Shown here piece after piece: positions 10,421-20,039 of a DNA stretch of 64,000 nucleotides (position 1 is its first letter; each line of letters begins with the position of its first letter). The position numbers and the translations under genes are program-made. The notes below the pieces were generated by a model that searched no databases, was not told where the DNA came from, and saw nothing but the letters and a program-made list of their open reading frames with translations. This DNA comes from Thermoanaerobaculia bacterium (GTDB taxonomy: Bacteria > Acidobacteriota > Thermoanaerobaculia > Multivoradales > Multivoraceae). The stretch is taken from contig OY761158.1 of assembly GCA_963664405.1 (NCBI GenBank), forward strand, positions 5,088,001-5,152,000. Reading direction: 5' to 3'.

Positions 10421-12519
10421 CTACCCACCGGTAGGGCAAACGCCACCAGCTCCGCCGGTTCCGCTGTGACCGCTTGGCCCTCTCTGCCTCGACCCATCAG
10501 GGCTCTGCCGCCGGGCTTGCCGCCACCGGGAACCACGATGTACTGGCGACCTCGATGCCTGTAGCTGATAGGCACCCCGTGGAGCGTCATGTCGGTCTCA
10601 ACCTCCGCCAGCACCTTGCCGGTGGCTTTGTCATAAGCGGTGAGGTAGCTCCCATTCGCCGTCGGAGCGTCCCAGCTCTCCCACTTCGGCACGTGGGTGA
10701 TGACAAGAGTCTTGGTGACCAGAAGCCCGCCCTCTCGGGTGCCGCTCGAGATGCGGCTCCCCAGATAGCCGAGATCGAGATGGGCGATGGCCGGGTGGTC
10801 GGTCGGGCCCTCGCCCAAAGGCGCCTGCCACGCGTGCTCCCCGGTCTTGAGATCGATCGCCGTGATCCTCCGGTAGGGAGGCTTGAGCAGCGGCAACCCT
10901 TGAACTGCCGCACCGAAGAGTGAGTACTCCGTACCCCTGTTCAGCGGTGCATGCTTCTTGACATAGCGAAAATCGCTGCGCGCGGGATCCGATTCCCCCA
11001 GGCCCCAGGCGCCGGCCTGCGTCGTCGACTGCACATAGAGGACCCCGGTCTCCGGATCGTGAGAGGCGCCCGGGTGATTGGCTCCGCCGCCGGCGCTGGG
11101 CAGGACGATGGTACCGAGCTTGCCTCCCTCGCCGGTGAGGATGGTCGGAGTGAAGATCGGCCCGATGACGAAGTCCTTGACGATCTCGAGCGCCTCGGCT
11201 CTGAGCTCCGGGGTGAAGTCGATGAGATCGTCGACGGTTATGCCCTGCTGATCGAAGGCCGGCGGCTTGGTCGGAAAGGGCTGGGTCGGTGAGAGCTTCT
11301 CGCCGGGAACCGTCGACGGCGCCACCGGTCGCTCTTCGATCGGCCATATGGGCTCGCCGGTGACCCGATCGAAGATGTAGGCGAAAGCGGTCTTCGACAC
11401 CACCGCCACCACCTTTCTGAGTCGGCCGTCGACCACCACGTCGAGAACATTGGGTGCCGAGGCGATGTCGTAGTCCCAGATGCCGTGATGCACGGTTTGA
11501 AAGTGCCAGACACGCTTGCCCGTCTCCGCTTCGACGCACACCACGCTCTCGGCGAAGACATTGTCGCCGTGGCGGTCGCCGCCCCAGTAGTCGCTCGACG
11601 GGGTCGAGGTGGCGAAGTAGACATGGCCAAGCTCCTCGTCGGCAGCGAGCGGCGCCCACACATTGGAGTTGCCCATCCACTTCCAGGAGTCGTTCTCCCA
11701 GGTCTCGGTGAAGTCCTCGCCCTGTTCGGGGATGGTGTTGAAGCGCCACTTCTGCTCACCGGTTCGCACATCGTAGCCGCGCACGTGGCCGGGAGGGATA
11801 TTGTGCTTGCGCAGCGGAACATCGAAGATTCTCGAGCCGACGACGTAGGTATCGCCGACCACGATGCCGGGTGAGCCGGCGCTTATATTCTTGAGGAGGA
11901 TCTCTTTGCGACCGAGAAGATCGCGCGACATGTCGACGATACCGTCCTCGCCGAAGGTGGGATCGGGGCTGCCGGTGGCGAGGTCGATCGAGATCAACTG
12001 CTTGCCGACGGTGGCGAAGAGAATGCGCTCCTCGACCCCATCGGTCCAGTACTCGATACCGCGTGGGTTGCCATACCCCGCCTTGGGGAGCTCATAGCTC
12101 TTGGGGTCGTAGACCCACAGCTCCTCACCTGTGGCGGCATCGAGGGCCGCCAGCTGCCACATCGCAGTCATCATGTAGACCCGGCCGCCGATCATCAGCG
12201 CCGAGCCGGTGAAGCTGCCTGGGGTCTCGCGGATGCTGTGATCGGCGGACTTCCAGCGCCAGGCTACCTCGAGCTGCGGAAAATTTCCGGCGTCGATCTG
12301 GTCGAGCGGTGCGTAGCGGGAAAAGGAGCGGTCACGGCCGTGATGGCGCCACTCGACGTCGCCTTCGCCCGACTGGGCAACGGCACCGGTCGCCAACGAC
12401 GTGGCTACCAGTACCGTCAGCAGGGTACGCTGGCGGCGACGGCAAGCAGATTCCCAGGCCCGACTGGATCGCCGGGAAACGAGCGAAAGCATCAGAGCTA
12501 TTCCTGTCTTGCCGTTCAA
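10417..12519 (-). CDS. Periplasmic PQQ-dependent dehydrogenase
   Basis: RYAPLDQI, HHGIWDYD, QPFPTKP; exact start uncertain. Confidence 0.88.
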   Translation of the reverse strand: MNGKTGIALMLSLVSRRSSRAWESACRRRQRTLLTVLVATSLATGAVAQSGEGDVEWRHHGRDRSFSRYAPLDQIDAGNFPQLEVAWRWKSADHSIRETPGSFTGSALMIGGRVYMMTAMWQLAALDAATGEELWVYDPKSYELPKAGYGNPRGIEYWTDGVEERILFATVGKQLISIDLATGSPDPTFGEDGIVDMSRDLLGRKEILLKNISAGSPGIVVGDTYVVGSRIFDVPLRKHNIPPGHVRGYDVRTGEQKWRFNTIPEQGEDFTETWENDSWKWMGNSNVWAPLAADEELGHVYFATSTPSSDYWGGDRHGDNVFAESVVCVEAETGKRVWHFQTVHHGIWDYDIASAPNVLDVVVDGRLRKVVAVVSKTAFAYIFDRVTGEPIWPIEERPVAPSTVPGEKLSPTQPFPTKPPAFDQQGITVDDLIDFTPELRAEALEIVKDFVIGPIFTPTILTGEGGKLGTIVLPSAGGGANHPGASHDPETGVLYVQSTTQAGAWGLGESDPARSDFRYVKKHAPLNRGTEYSLFGAAVQGLPLLKPPYRRITAIDLKTGEHAWQAPLGEGPTDHPAIAHLDLGYLGSRISSGTREGGLLVTKTLVITHVPKWESWDAPTANGSYLTAYDKATGKVLAEVETDMTLHGVPISYRHRGRQYIVVPGGGKPGGRALMGRGREGQAVTAEPAELVAFALPVGR

Positions 12520-12953
12520 CGCCTGCCAGCCGGCTCGGTCACGTCAGCCCCGTCTCTCGGCGCGCCGGTGCCCGAAGACCCCACGAAGAGCTTTTTCCCG
12601 TCAGGGTAGGTCACGCTGCGCCCGTTCATCTTGTTCGAGCGATCCTTGGCGTGGAAGCCCTCGACCGTGATCTCGGTTCCCGGCGGCAGCGAGTTCTTGG
12701 TGAACCCGCGACGGAAGAGACTCGGCGGGCTGCCACTCTCGACCATCCAGCTCTCGACCGAGCCGTCTTCCCGAACGATGTCGAGATGGATCCAAGCATG
12801 GGGATTGATCCACTCCATCTTGGTGACCTTGCCGGTCAGCTCGACCGGGCTCTCGGCATCGAACTCGGCCGCGAACGCATGGTGCCCCAGAACCGGGACG
12901 GCGACCAGGGCGAGAAGCAGAGCAGCTGCAGCGATGATGGTGTTATTTCGCAC
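12516..12953 (-). CDS. DUF6152-like secreted small protein
   Basis: AAGGAGGT RBS before GTG 12953; signal peptide followed by HHAFAAEFD and GKVTKMEWINPHAWI. Confidence 0.75.
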   Translation of the reverse strand: MRNNTIIAAAALLLALVAVPVLGHHAFAAEFDAESPVELTGKVTKMEWINPHAWIHLDIVREDGSVESWMVESGSPPSLFRRGFTKNSLPPGTEITVEGFHAKDRSNKMNGRSVTYPDGKKLFVGSSGTGAPRDGADVTEPAGRR

Positions 12954-12970
12954 TTTCTTTACCTCCTTGT

Positions 12971-13801
12971 TCATTCGGAATCTCCGGCCTTCCACACACC
13001 CTTGCTCAGGTGCCCGAACATCAGCTCTTCCGCAAAGGGAACGCATTTGAACTCGAGCAGCTGCATATTGGGCTCGACCCGACGATAGAGCGGGAAGCTC
13101 ACCTTCCACGGGCGGGTATAGGTCTGCGGATCAGTGATCGTTGCCTCGTAGTGAATGTGGTTCGGGCCCCGCGCCGTATAGCGCTCGACGACGTGAATCT
13201 CGATGCTGTGGTGATTGCCCGAGCGATCGAGCCAGGTATCGGGGACCTGGGCGCTGACGTCGATCACCAGAGTCTCCCCCTCCCAATGACCGCGAGAGTG
13301 CCCCATCCAGTTGTCACCGGGGGCCTCGAAATCGGGTCGGTTCATGTACACGATGCGGCTGGCATCGGCGAACTCGTAAGCGAAGATGACGTTCTGCGCC
13401 GACTGGATGATCTGAAATGGGTAGGGCATGTAGTTGGCGCGTGGGATCCCAGGCATGAAGCATTTGATCGCCGGATCCAGCTTCCACCACCGCTTCAGGT
13501 TCTCCTGTTGCTTCGCTCGCGCCGCGGGGCTGTAGGGGATCTCCCCGCCTTCGACGATGCCCAGCCCAGCCGGAACGGCACCAAGTGCTCCGAGCTCGAC
13601 GATCGGGCCCATCCGAGCAGAGTGGCCTTCGATGTCCCAGTGCGCCGCGCCCATCGCCTGCCAGATACCGTTGAGGTCCGGCTCGCCTTCAGAGGTGCGC
13701 GGGGCTCTGTAGTCCTGGGCGAGAACGGACCCTGCGGCCATCACCAGCGCCAACGCCACTACCGCAGGAGCCATGTCTTCTCTGCGATTCGGTTTCTTCA
13801 T
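12971..13801 (-). CDS. Conserved uncharacterised secreted protein (PRTxxGxPDLxGxW family)
   Basis: Signal peptide; PRTSEGEPDLNGIW, DPAIKCFMPGIPR, GHSRGHWEGETLVID, EFKC. Confidence 0.8.
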   Translation of the reverse strand: MKKPNRREDMAPAVVALALVMAAGSVLAQDYRAPRTSEGEPDLNGIWQAMGAAHWDIEGHSARMGPIVELGALGAVPAGLGIVEGGEIPYSPAARAKQQENLKRWWKLDPAIKCFMPGIPRANYMPYPFQIIQSAQNVIFAYEFADASRIVYMNRPDFEAPGDNWMGHSRGHWEGETLVIDVSAQVPDTWLDRSGNHHSIEIHVVERYTARGPNHIHYEATITDPQTYTRPWKVSFPLYRRVEPNMQLLEFKCVPFAEELMFGHLSKGVWKAGDSE

Positions 13802-13812
13802 ATTCTCGTTTC

Positions 13813-14745
13813 TCACTTGGAATCAGCCTCCGCGGCGGCCGCCTCTTGCTCCGAGACCCGAGCGCCGGAGAGGATATTCGCAAGGTTGTAATTACCTTCG
13901 TGGCAGGCGAACTCGAAAAGCGGCTCGTTCTGCTTTTTGAGCGGTATCATCACCGTCCAGGGCCGGGCCCAGATCAGCGGATCGTCGATGGTCACGTCAT
14001 AGAAGATCAAGTCGGGGGCGATAAGGGTGAAGCGCTCGGTCACTACCAGCTCCTTCGAATTGAGGGAGTGAAACCACCCCTGCGGAGTTCCTCGCTGGTG
14101 GGTTCCGGCATACCCCTTGGGCAGGTAGTTGGTGGTCTCGACGACCAGTGATTCGCCCTCCCAGCGGCCGCGCGAGTCGCCGAGCCACAACTGGATGTCA
14201 GGATCGGGGTGGGGCGATCCATCGAGGAGAATGACGCGTGCCTCGTGAATCCACTCCATGACGATGACGACGTGGTCCTTGTTCTGGACCAGCTTGTAGT
14301 ACTGGTTGAAGTTCGCCCGGACCGGCGCTCCCAGGGTCACGCAACGCTCGCCCAAGGAGCGATCAGCCCAGGTGTCGGCCGGATGCTCCTCGAGATAGGC
14401 CTGGAGCGCATCCCAGTCCTCCTGTGCCTGCGCGGTGAGAGCTGGGATGCCACCCTCGGGCGGGTCGGTAAGCAACTCAGACAACTTGCGGCCGCCGCGG
14501 GGACCGCCAGGCTCGACCCACACTCCGCGCAGATCGGGATGGCCGTCCGAGGTGCGAGGTACCGTCCACCCAGGAGGCGCCCCGTGTCGTTGGGCCAAAG
14601 CGGCCCGGTCCTCCGCGGTGGCCCTGGCCGGCACGGTGATCCGCCCCTCGCCGCGGCCACGGCCGCGCTGAGCAGAGCTCAGGCCGGGCAGCAGTAGGAC
14701 GATGGCGACGGCGGCCGCTAGGAATCGTGAGAACCGTGGTCGCAT
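13813..14745 (-). CDS. Conserved uncharacterised secreted protein (same family)
   Basis: PRTSDGHPDLRGVW, ERCVTLG, GDSRGRWEGESLVVETTN, EFACHEGN; GAGGAG before ATG 14745 (alternative 14793). Confidence 0.8.
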   Translation of the reverse strand: MRPRFSRFLAAAVAIVLLLPGLSSAQRGRGRGEGRITVPARATAEDRAALAQRHGAPPGWTVPRTSDGHPDLRGVWVEPGGPRGGRKLSELLTDPPEGGIPALTAQAQEDWDALQAYLEEHPADTWADRSLGERCVTLGAPVRANFNQYYKLVQNKDHVVIVMEWIHEARVILLDGSPHPDPDIQLWLGDSRGRWEGESLVVETTNYLPKGYAGTHQRGTPQGWFHSLNSKELVVTERFTLIAPDLIFYDVTIDDPLIWARPWTVMIPLKKQNEPLFEFACHEGNYNLANILSGARVSEQEAAAAEADSK

Positions 14746-14789
14746 CGACGGTCTCCTCGGTACGAATAATGGCTTCATCAGCAAAGAAC

Positions 14790-15710
14790 TCATCTGGAGT
14801 CGGCGGCCGCGGCGGTCTTCGCGGCCATGGCCGCGGCGGCCTCTTGCTCGCTGACGCGAGCGCCATTGAGGATATTCGCCATGTTGTAGTTGCCCTCGTG
14901 GCAGGCGAACTCGAAGAGCGGCTGGTTCCGCTTGGTCATCGGAATCTTCAAGGTCCACGGCTTCGTCCAGATCGCGGGGTCGTCGATCGTCACTTCATAG
15001 AGCATCCACTCCGGACCGACCCGAGTCAGGCGCTCGGTCACCACCAGATCTTCCGAATTGAGAGAGTGAAACCAAGACTGCGGAGTTCCCCTTTGGTAGG
15101 TGCCGCGGGAGCCCTTGGCCAGATAATTGGTGGTTTCGACGACCAGCGAGTCGCCCTCCCAGCGGCCCCGCGAGTCGCCGAGCCACAGCTTGATGTCGGG
15201 ATCGGGGTGAGGAGACCCATCGAGTGGGATGACCCGCGCCTCGTGTATCCACTCCATGAGGAAGACGACATGGTCCTTGTTCTGGACCAGCTTGTAGTAC
15301 TGCGTAAAGTTCGCCCACATCGGCGCTCCCAGGGTCACGCAGCGCTCTCCCAGGGATCGATCCTTCCAGGTGTCTGCCGGATGCTCCTCGAGATACTGCT
15401 GGAGCTCATCCCAGTTCTTCTGCGCCTCGGGGGTGAGAGGCGGGATGCCCTCCGGAGGATCGATGACCATCTGACTCAGCGTGGGCCCGGTACGACCGTT
15501 GTCGGCCCATACCCCCCGAAGATCGGGATGGCCGTCAACGGTGCGCGGTACGCTCCAGCCGGCCGGCGGCGGGGGCGGGTAAACAGGTTCGCGCCCACGT
15601 CTCTGAGCTACGCCAAGGCCCGGCAGAAGTAGAGCGCCGGCGACCGCAGCCGCCAGACAAAGCACAAGGCCCTTACACACTTTGCTCGATCGCTGTTTCC
15701 GCCGAATCAT
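14790..15710 (-). CDS. Conserved uncharacterised secreted protein, close tandem paralogue of 13813-14745
   Basis: PRTVDGHPDLRGVW, ERCVTLG, EFACHEGN; start approximate. Confidence 0.8.
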   Translation of the reverse strand: MIRRKQRSSKVCKGLVLCLAAAVAGALLLPGLGVAQRRGREPVYPPPPPAGWSVPRTVDGHPDLRGVWADNGRTGPTLSQMVIDPPEGIPPLTPEAQKNWDELQQYLEEHPADTWKDRSLGERCVTLGAPMWANFTQYYKLVQNKDHVVFLMEWIHEARVIPLDGSPHPDPDIKLWLGDSRGRWEGDSLVVETTNYLAKGSRGTYQRGTPQSWFHSLNSEDLVVTERLTRVGPEWMLYEVTIDDPAIWTKPWTLKIPMTKRNQPLFEFACHEGNYNMANILNGARVSEQEAAAAMAAKTAAAADSR

Positions 15711-15855
15711 CAAATGCTCACCCCTCTCAGACGCAACCACACTCTGCGATGCCCTGCAGACGTCGTGGATCAGCCTCATTGTGGCGAAAGGTCCGGCGGC
15801 TGTCCTGCAGCGCGGATGACGCGGCGCTGGGATTTTCTTGCGCATTCTTTGGCGG

Positions 15856-17265
15856 TCAGCGCCCGAGAAACTCCACGCCGATGATCTCGAGCTCGGCCTC
15901 TCTTTCGTCGGTCATGCCGAACCAAGTGAATAGCTCCTTGCCCCAGCGCGACCCCTCGGAGCCGCGGAAATCGGCAAGCTGCACCACAATGTCGAACTCA
16001 TCTTCGACCCGGATCTGGCGACTCAGGTCTCGACCGCTGGCTCTTCCGCCAAGCTCGCCCAATCCCAGGCCGATCACCAGATCGGCAGGCTGCTTGACCC
16101 GCCCGCGGACACGGAAGCTGCCACCCTCGGCCAGCACGACGGGAGCCTGCTCGAGTGAGACATCCAGCACCGCCATGTAGCGAACATCCCACTCAGAATC
16201 AGGTCGAACACGCCGCGGGGCAGCGCGCAGCCCCCCCTCGTCCTCGAGCCGTGAAGCGTAGGCCTCGAACTCACGCCCGGCTTGATCACGGGTCATCCGG
16301 CCGGTCTCGACAGAGCGCGCGAGCCGGCGACGATATGCGGTCAGATAGTCGATCCACTCTCCGTGGGTCGCCTCTTCCTCGACATCCGCCCGCCAGAAGT
16401 GCGTCGCCTCATCGCGCTCCACAACACGGAGATCGTCTTCGACGTCAAGCGAGGCAACGGTCCGATGCGCGGCTGGCACGTCGACCGTGCGCCCGTCACT
16501 CAGGCGCTCGACGCGCACGCGGCCGTCGCTCACCGCCAGCGTCGTCCGTGAAGCGTCGGCCGACACCCGACACCGCGTGGACCCCAACCGCAGCTCCGCC
16601 GTCGGTGTCACCATGACCAGCGGCCGCCCCGCTGGCTGGGGCGTGACGTCGGCCGACAGACTGCCTCGGCGAAGATGCACGATCTTCTGTCGGTCTGCCG
16701 AAATCGTGATCGTCGACTGGCCGCTAATCGTCACGGCGGTTTTGTCGGGGAAGCGAACCGTCGCCCACGCATCCGGCGCCAGCGACTCCAGCGTGCCACC
16801 CGACAACCGCCGACCGCCGGTCGGCGCCGTATCGACCTGGCCGCCGTCGCCTGTCCACTGAATCGGTCCCGAGACCTCGGTCAGCTCGGCAACCGTCGCC
16901 TCCGCCGTGGTCTGCCAGAGCAGGCCTCCAGTACCGACGAAGCCGAGCAGCGCCGCCGCCGCGACACCCCAGGGCAACAGTCGCCGAGGCCGACGCAGAG
17001 AGCCGCCGCGTCGGATTCCCGCCCGCACCTCCGACACGAAAGGATCCTCGAGGATTCGGCCCTGCAGCGCGGAGACGAAAAGCGCGCTATCGCGAAGCTC
17101 ATCCTCGGCGAGCGCAATCATCTCCGAGGTCTCCAGCTGCTCCTGGATCTCCCGGAGACGCGCGGGATCCCCTTTCGACAGCCGGACCAGCTCGGTTATC
17201 TCGTCGGGCGAGATCTCGCCGTCGAGCAAAGATCCCATCAGATCTTGGAAGCGCTCGTCGCTCAT
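15856..17265 (-). CDS. FecR-type anti-sigma factor
   Basis: N-terminal anti-sigma-like helices, one TM segment (WGVAAAALLGFVG), FecR-like LRRGSLSADV..PLVMVTPTAE..LAVSDGRVRV; directly after the ECF sigma. Confidence 0.8.
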   Translation of the reverse strand: MSDERFQDLMGSLLDGEISPDEITELVRLSKGDPARLREIQEQLETSEMIALAEDELRDSALFVSALQGRILEDPFVSEVRAGIRRGGSLRRPRRLLPWGVAAAALLGFVGTGGLLWQTTAEATVAELTEVSGPIQWTGDGGQVDTAPTGGRRLSGGTLESLAPDAWATVRFPDKTAVTISGQSTITISADRQKIVHLRRGSLSADVTPQPAGRPLVMVTPTAELRLGSTRCRVSADASRTTLAVSDGRVRVERLSDGRTVDVPAAHRTVASLDVEDDLRVVERDEATHFWRADVEEEATHGEWIDYLTAYRRRLARSVETGRMTRDQAGREFEAYASRLEDEGGLRAAPRRVRPDSEWDVRYMAVLDVSLEQAPVVLAEGGSFRVRGRVKQPADLVIGLGLGELGGRASGRDLSRQIRVEDEFDIVVQLADFRGSEGSRWGKELFTWFGMTDEREAELEIIGVEFLGR

Positions 17266-17266
17266 C

Positions 17267-17797
17267 TCAGGTCTCAGTCGCCAACCTTTCCTCGACGCAG
17301 ATGCGAAGCTGACGGCGAACCCTCACTAGCATCTGGCGTACGGCGGCGGCCGACTTCCCCAACAGGCTCCCCAGCTCGGGCGCCGAGAGGCCGTCACGAT
17401 AGCGGCCCCGAACCACCTTCCGACTTGCCGGTGCTAGCTCACCCAGGCAGGCTCGAATGGCGTCGACGGCGAGCGGCTCGACGCGCTCCTCGGTGGCCTC
17501 TCTGTGCCGCCACAGCAACAGGTCGGTCAGTTCGGTATGCAGAATCCGTTGCCGTCGCGCATGTTTACGGATCTCGTTGCGCACGATGTTGGCGGCGATC
17601 CCTCGCACCCATTTTCCGAAGTCTCGCGATGGATCGAACGAGCTCCACTCGCGGTAGGCGGTCATGAAGGCTTCCTGAGCGATGTCGTCGACCCAGTCGG
17701 TGTCGACACCCAGCGAGCGAACGAAGGCCCGCACCCGCACGTGGTGCTCGCTCACCAGGAGCTCGAAACGATGATACTGCTCCGCCGACTCACCCAT
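17267..17797 (-). CDS. ECF RNA polymerase sigma factor
   Basis: DDIAQEAF, FDPSRDFGKWVRGIA (region 2); region 4.2 HTH LSAPELGSLLGKSAAAVRQMLVRVR. Confidence 0.92.
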   Translation of the reverse strand: MGESAEQYHRFELLVSEHHVRVRAFVRSLGVDTDWVDDIAQEAFMTAYREWSSFDPSRDFGKWVRGIAANIVRNEIRKHARRQRILHTELTDLLLWRHREATEERVEPLAVDAIRACLGELAPASRKVVRGRYRDGLSAPELGSLLGKSAAAVRQMLVRVRRQLRICVEERLATET

Positions 17798-17803
17798 CTC
17801 TTA

Positions 17804-17834
17804 GGTATTGTCCCCTGGGACCCGAAGTGTGACA
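17804..17834 (-). promoter_or_regulatory. Putative ECF promoter, copy 1 (autoregulatory, probably leaderless)
   Basis: + strand GGTATTGTCCCCTGGGACCCGAAGTGTGACA, 6 nt from the sigma ATG; matches the copies at 21666 and 25646. Confidence 0.7.
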
Positions 17835-17906
17835 AGGAGCCCAGATCGAAGCAGCGGGCATCGCCGCCTGAGAACTACTCGCCGGTCCGAATTCTCGGAC
17901 ACCCCG

Positions 17907-19247
17907 CTAGCGCCCACCGAGGGCGAAGAGATGCTCGTCGGAGCGAACAAGGATCCGGCCGCGAGAGATCGCCGGTGATGCGAGGATGCGCCCTCCGAGC
18001 TCGCTCCGTTCTACCAGCCGGAAACTACGCCCGGCCTCGATGACGAAGAGCTCTCCGTCCTCGTTGACGAGATAGACCATGCCATCGGCAGCTACTGGAG
18101 AGGCCGAAAAGAAACCGCCCACTCTCTCCTTCCACACCGTACTGCCATCCGCTATGTCGACCGCGCTGATCACACCGTTCTCGTCGGCCATATAGATCAG
18201 GCCCTGGTACTGCAGCAGCGATGAGATGCCGGGCGCTCCGGTAGGGATCCTCCACAGGACCTCGGGCTTTCGTGGCACCTCACGCTTTCGTAGCGCCTCA
18301 CCCTCTGGTAGCCGCAGCGCCGTAAAGGGACCGTTGTAACCGCGGCTGGCGTAGAGCACACCATTGGCCCACACTGGAGCGCCGATGGTGAGGCGCCCAC
18401 GCTCCCCGGCCGTAGAGAGGAGCTCCCCGCTGTTCGCGTCGTAGAACGCGATGTGCGCTTCTGAGCTGACCGCCAGCGCAGCGCCCGTCGCCGGCGGCAC
18501 CACGAAGGGAGTCGAATACCCCTGCACCCCCTCCCCACGCTCGGCTCGCCACTGGGGCTCGCCCGTCGTCTTATCAAGTGCGAGGAGATAGGCCTCCCGC
18601 TGGTGATCGCAGAGAAAGATCACTCTTTCGCGGTGGAGGACGGGCGAGCTTCCGTGGGCATAGAGGATCTCGAAAGGGCCGTAGTCCTCGGCCAGGTTGC
18701 GGCGCCAGATCTCTTTCCCCTCCAGATCCAGACACACGACCTGACCGGTTCCGAACCACACGATCAGTCTCTCGCCGTCGGTGACCGGGCTCGGCGTGGC
18801 CAGGTTGTGCTTCGCGTGCGCGGGCTCGAGCGCTCCTTCGGAGGGGCGCTCGAAGCGCCACAGCTCGCGACCGTCCTCGAGGTGAAAGGCCTGGACGACG
18901 AAGAGAATCCCTTCGTCACCCTCCTCCACGCGTCCGGACTGTCCGCCGCGACGAATGTCGCCGGCGCCTCGAGCCGCCCGCGAAACGACCGGCGACTTAC
19001 CGACCTGAGAAGTGACGAAGACGGCATCCTCCCAAACGATCGGCGTCGAGGTCGCGATCCCGGGCAGCTCGATCTTCCACGAGCCCTCCGCCTCCGGGTG
19101 CCAGCCGAGTGGCAGATTCTCTTCCGACGACACCCCGAGGGCGTTCGGCCCTCTCCACTGCGGCCAGTTCGACCAGGCCGGGGAAGCTAAAGAGAAGACC
19201 GCTATACAGCCGGCAATGAGGTCTCCTCGCAGTGAAGCGACCTTCAT
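17907..19247 (-). CDS. PQQ-like beta-propeller repeat protein (BamB-like, planctomycete/acidobacterial type)
   Basis: NWPQWRGP, STPIVW, TPSPVTDG, SSPVL, YSTP, SASPVAADG. Confidence 0.85.
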   Translation of the reverse strand: MKVASLRGDLIAGCIAVFSLASPAWSNWPQWRGPNALGVSSEENLPLGWHPEAEGSWKIELPGIATSTPIVWEDAVFVTSQVGKSPVVSRAARGAGDIRRGGQSGRVEEGDEGILFVVQAFHLEDGRELWRFERPSEGALEPAHAKHNLATPSPVTDGERLIVWFGTGQVVCLDLEGKEIWRRNLAEDYGPFEILYAHGSSPVLHRERVIFLCDHQREAYLLALDKTTGEPQWRAERGEGVQGYSTPFVVPPATGAALAVSSEAHIAFYDANSGELLSTAGERGRLTIGAPVWANGVLYASRGYNGPFTALRLPEGEALRKREVPRKPEVLWRIPTGAPGISSLLQYQGLIYMADENGVISAVDIADGSTVWKERVGGFFSASPVAADGMVYLVNEDGELFVIEAGRSFRLVERSELGGRILASPAISRGRILVRSDEHLFALGGR

Positions 19248-19284
19248 TTTCGTGGGCTTATTGGGTCAATTAGGTCTAGCATAT

Positions 19285-19575
19285 ATGAGCATGAAGACCA
19301 TATCGGTTTCCGACCTGAAGGCGCACCTCTCCGAGCAGCTCCGTTCGGTCAAAGGAGGCTCGCGCCTGTTGATCACCGATCGCGGCAAGCCGGTGGCCGA
19401 GCTCGGCCCACCGATATCAGCCGCGGACGAGACTCTTTCCGCCCTTCAGGGGCAAGGCATCTTACGGCTCGGAGCGCGCACCCCGTCACCCGACTTTTGG
19501 CAGCGAGACAGGCCACGAGACGCTCAGGGCTCCGTGCGCCAAGCGCTCCTGGAAGAGCGCGATGGGGGGCGATGA
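19285..19575 (+). CDS. Phd/YefM-family antitoxin
   Basis: MKTISVSDLKAHLSEQLRSVKGG..LITDRGKPVAEL; ATGA overlap with the PIN gene. Confidence 0.85.
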   Translation: MSMKTISVSDLKAHLSEQLRSVKGGSRLLITDRGKPVAELGPPISAADETLSALQGQGILRLGARTPSPDFWQRDRPRDAQGSVRQALLEERDGGR

Positions 19576-19995
19576 TTTTCTGGGACCCGTCTGTGATCGT
19601 GCCTTTGCTGGTCGACGAACCGGAGTCGTCAACTGTCGGTAGCATCGCGCGCGATGATCCAGTGCTCGTGGTCTGGTGGGGAACCCGAATCGAGTGCGCC
19701 TCGGCACTCTCCCGCCTCGAGCGAGAAGGCGGGCTTGCTGTAGAGGAGACCGAAATCGCCCGCGATCTCTTGAGCGAGGCTCTCCGAGTGCTGGGCGGAG
19801 GTGCTCCCGACGGACCCTCTCCGGCGCCAGGCCGAGAGGCTTCTACTCCGTCATCCCCTCCGCGCAGCTGACGCGCTCCAGCTGGCGGCGGCCACCGCCT
19901 GGGCCGAGTCAGAACCTGACCGACATCCCCTGTGCACACTCGACGATCGGCTGGCCGAGGCCGCGAGAGGCGAAGGCTTCAAGATATTGCCTTGA
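19572..19995 (+). pseudogene. vapC: VapC/PIN toxin with a +1 frameshift near 19779
   Basis: N-terminal MIFWDPSVIVPLL..IECASAL in one frame; C-terminal LSECWAEVLPTD..LRAADALQLAAA..TLDDRLAEAARGEGF in the next frame. Confidence 0.8.
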
Positions 19996-20039
19996 ACCGC
20001 AAGCCGCTCACTCACGGGATCTCGGGCGGTATCAGTCCG

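Noticed and set aside
1853-12519. WDYD read as proof of lanthanide dependence
   Set aside because: The DxD is also normal in Ca/Mg glucose dehydrogenase-type quinoproteins, so it is not diagnostic here
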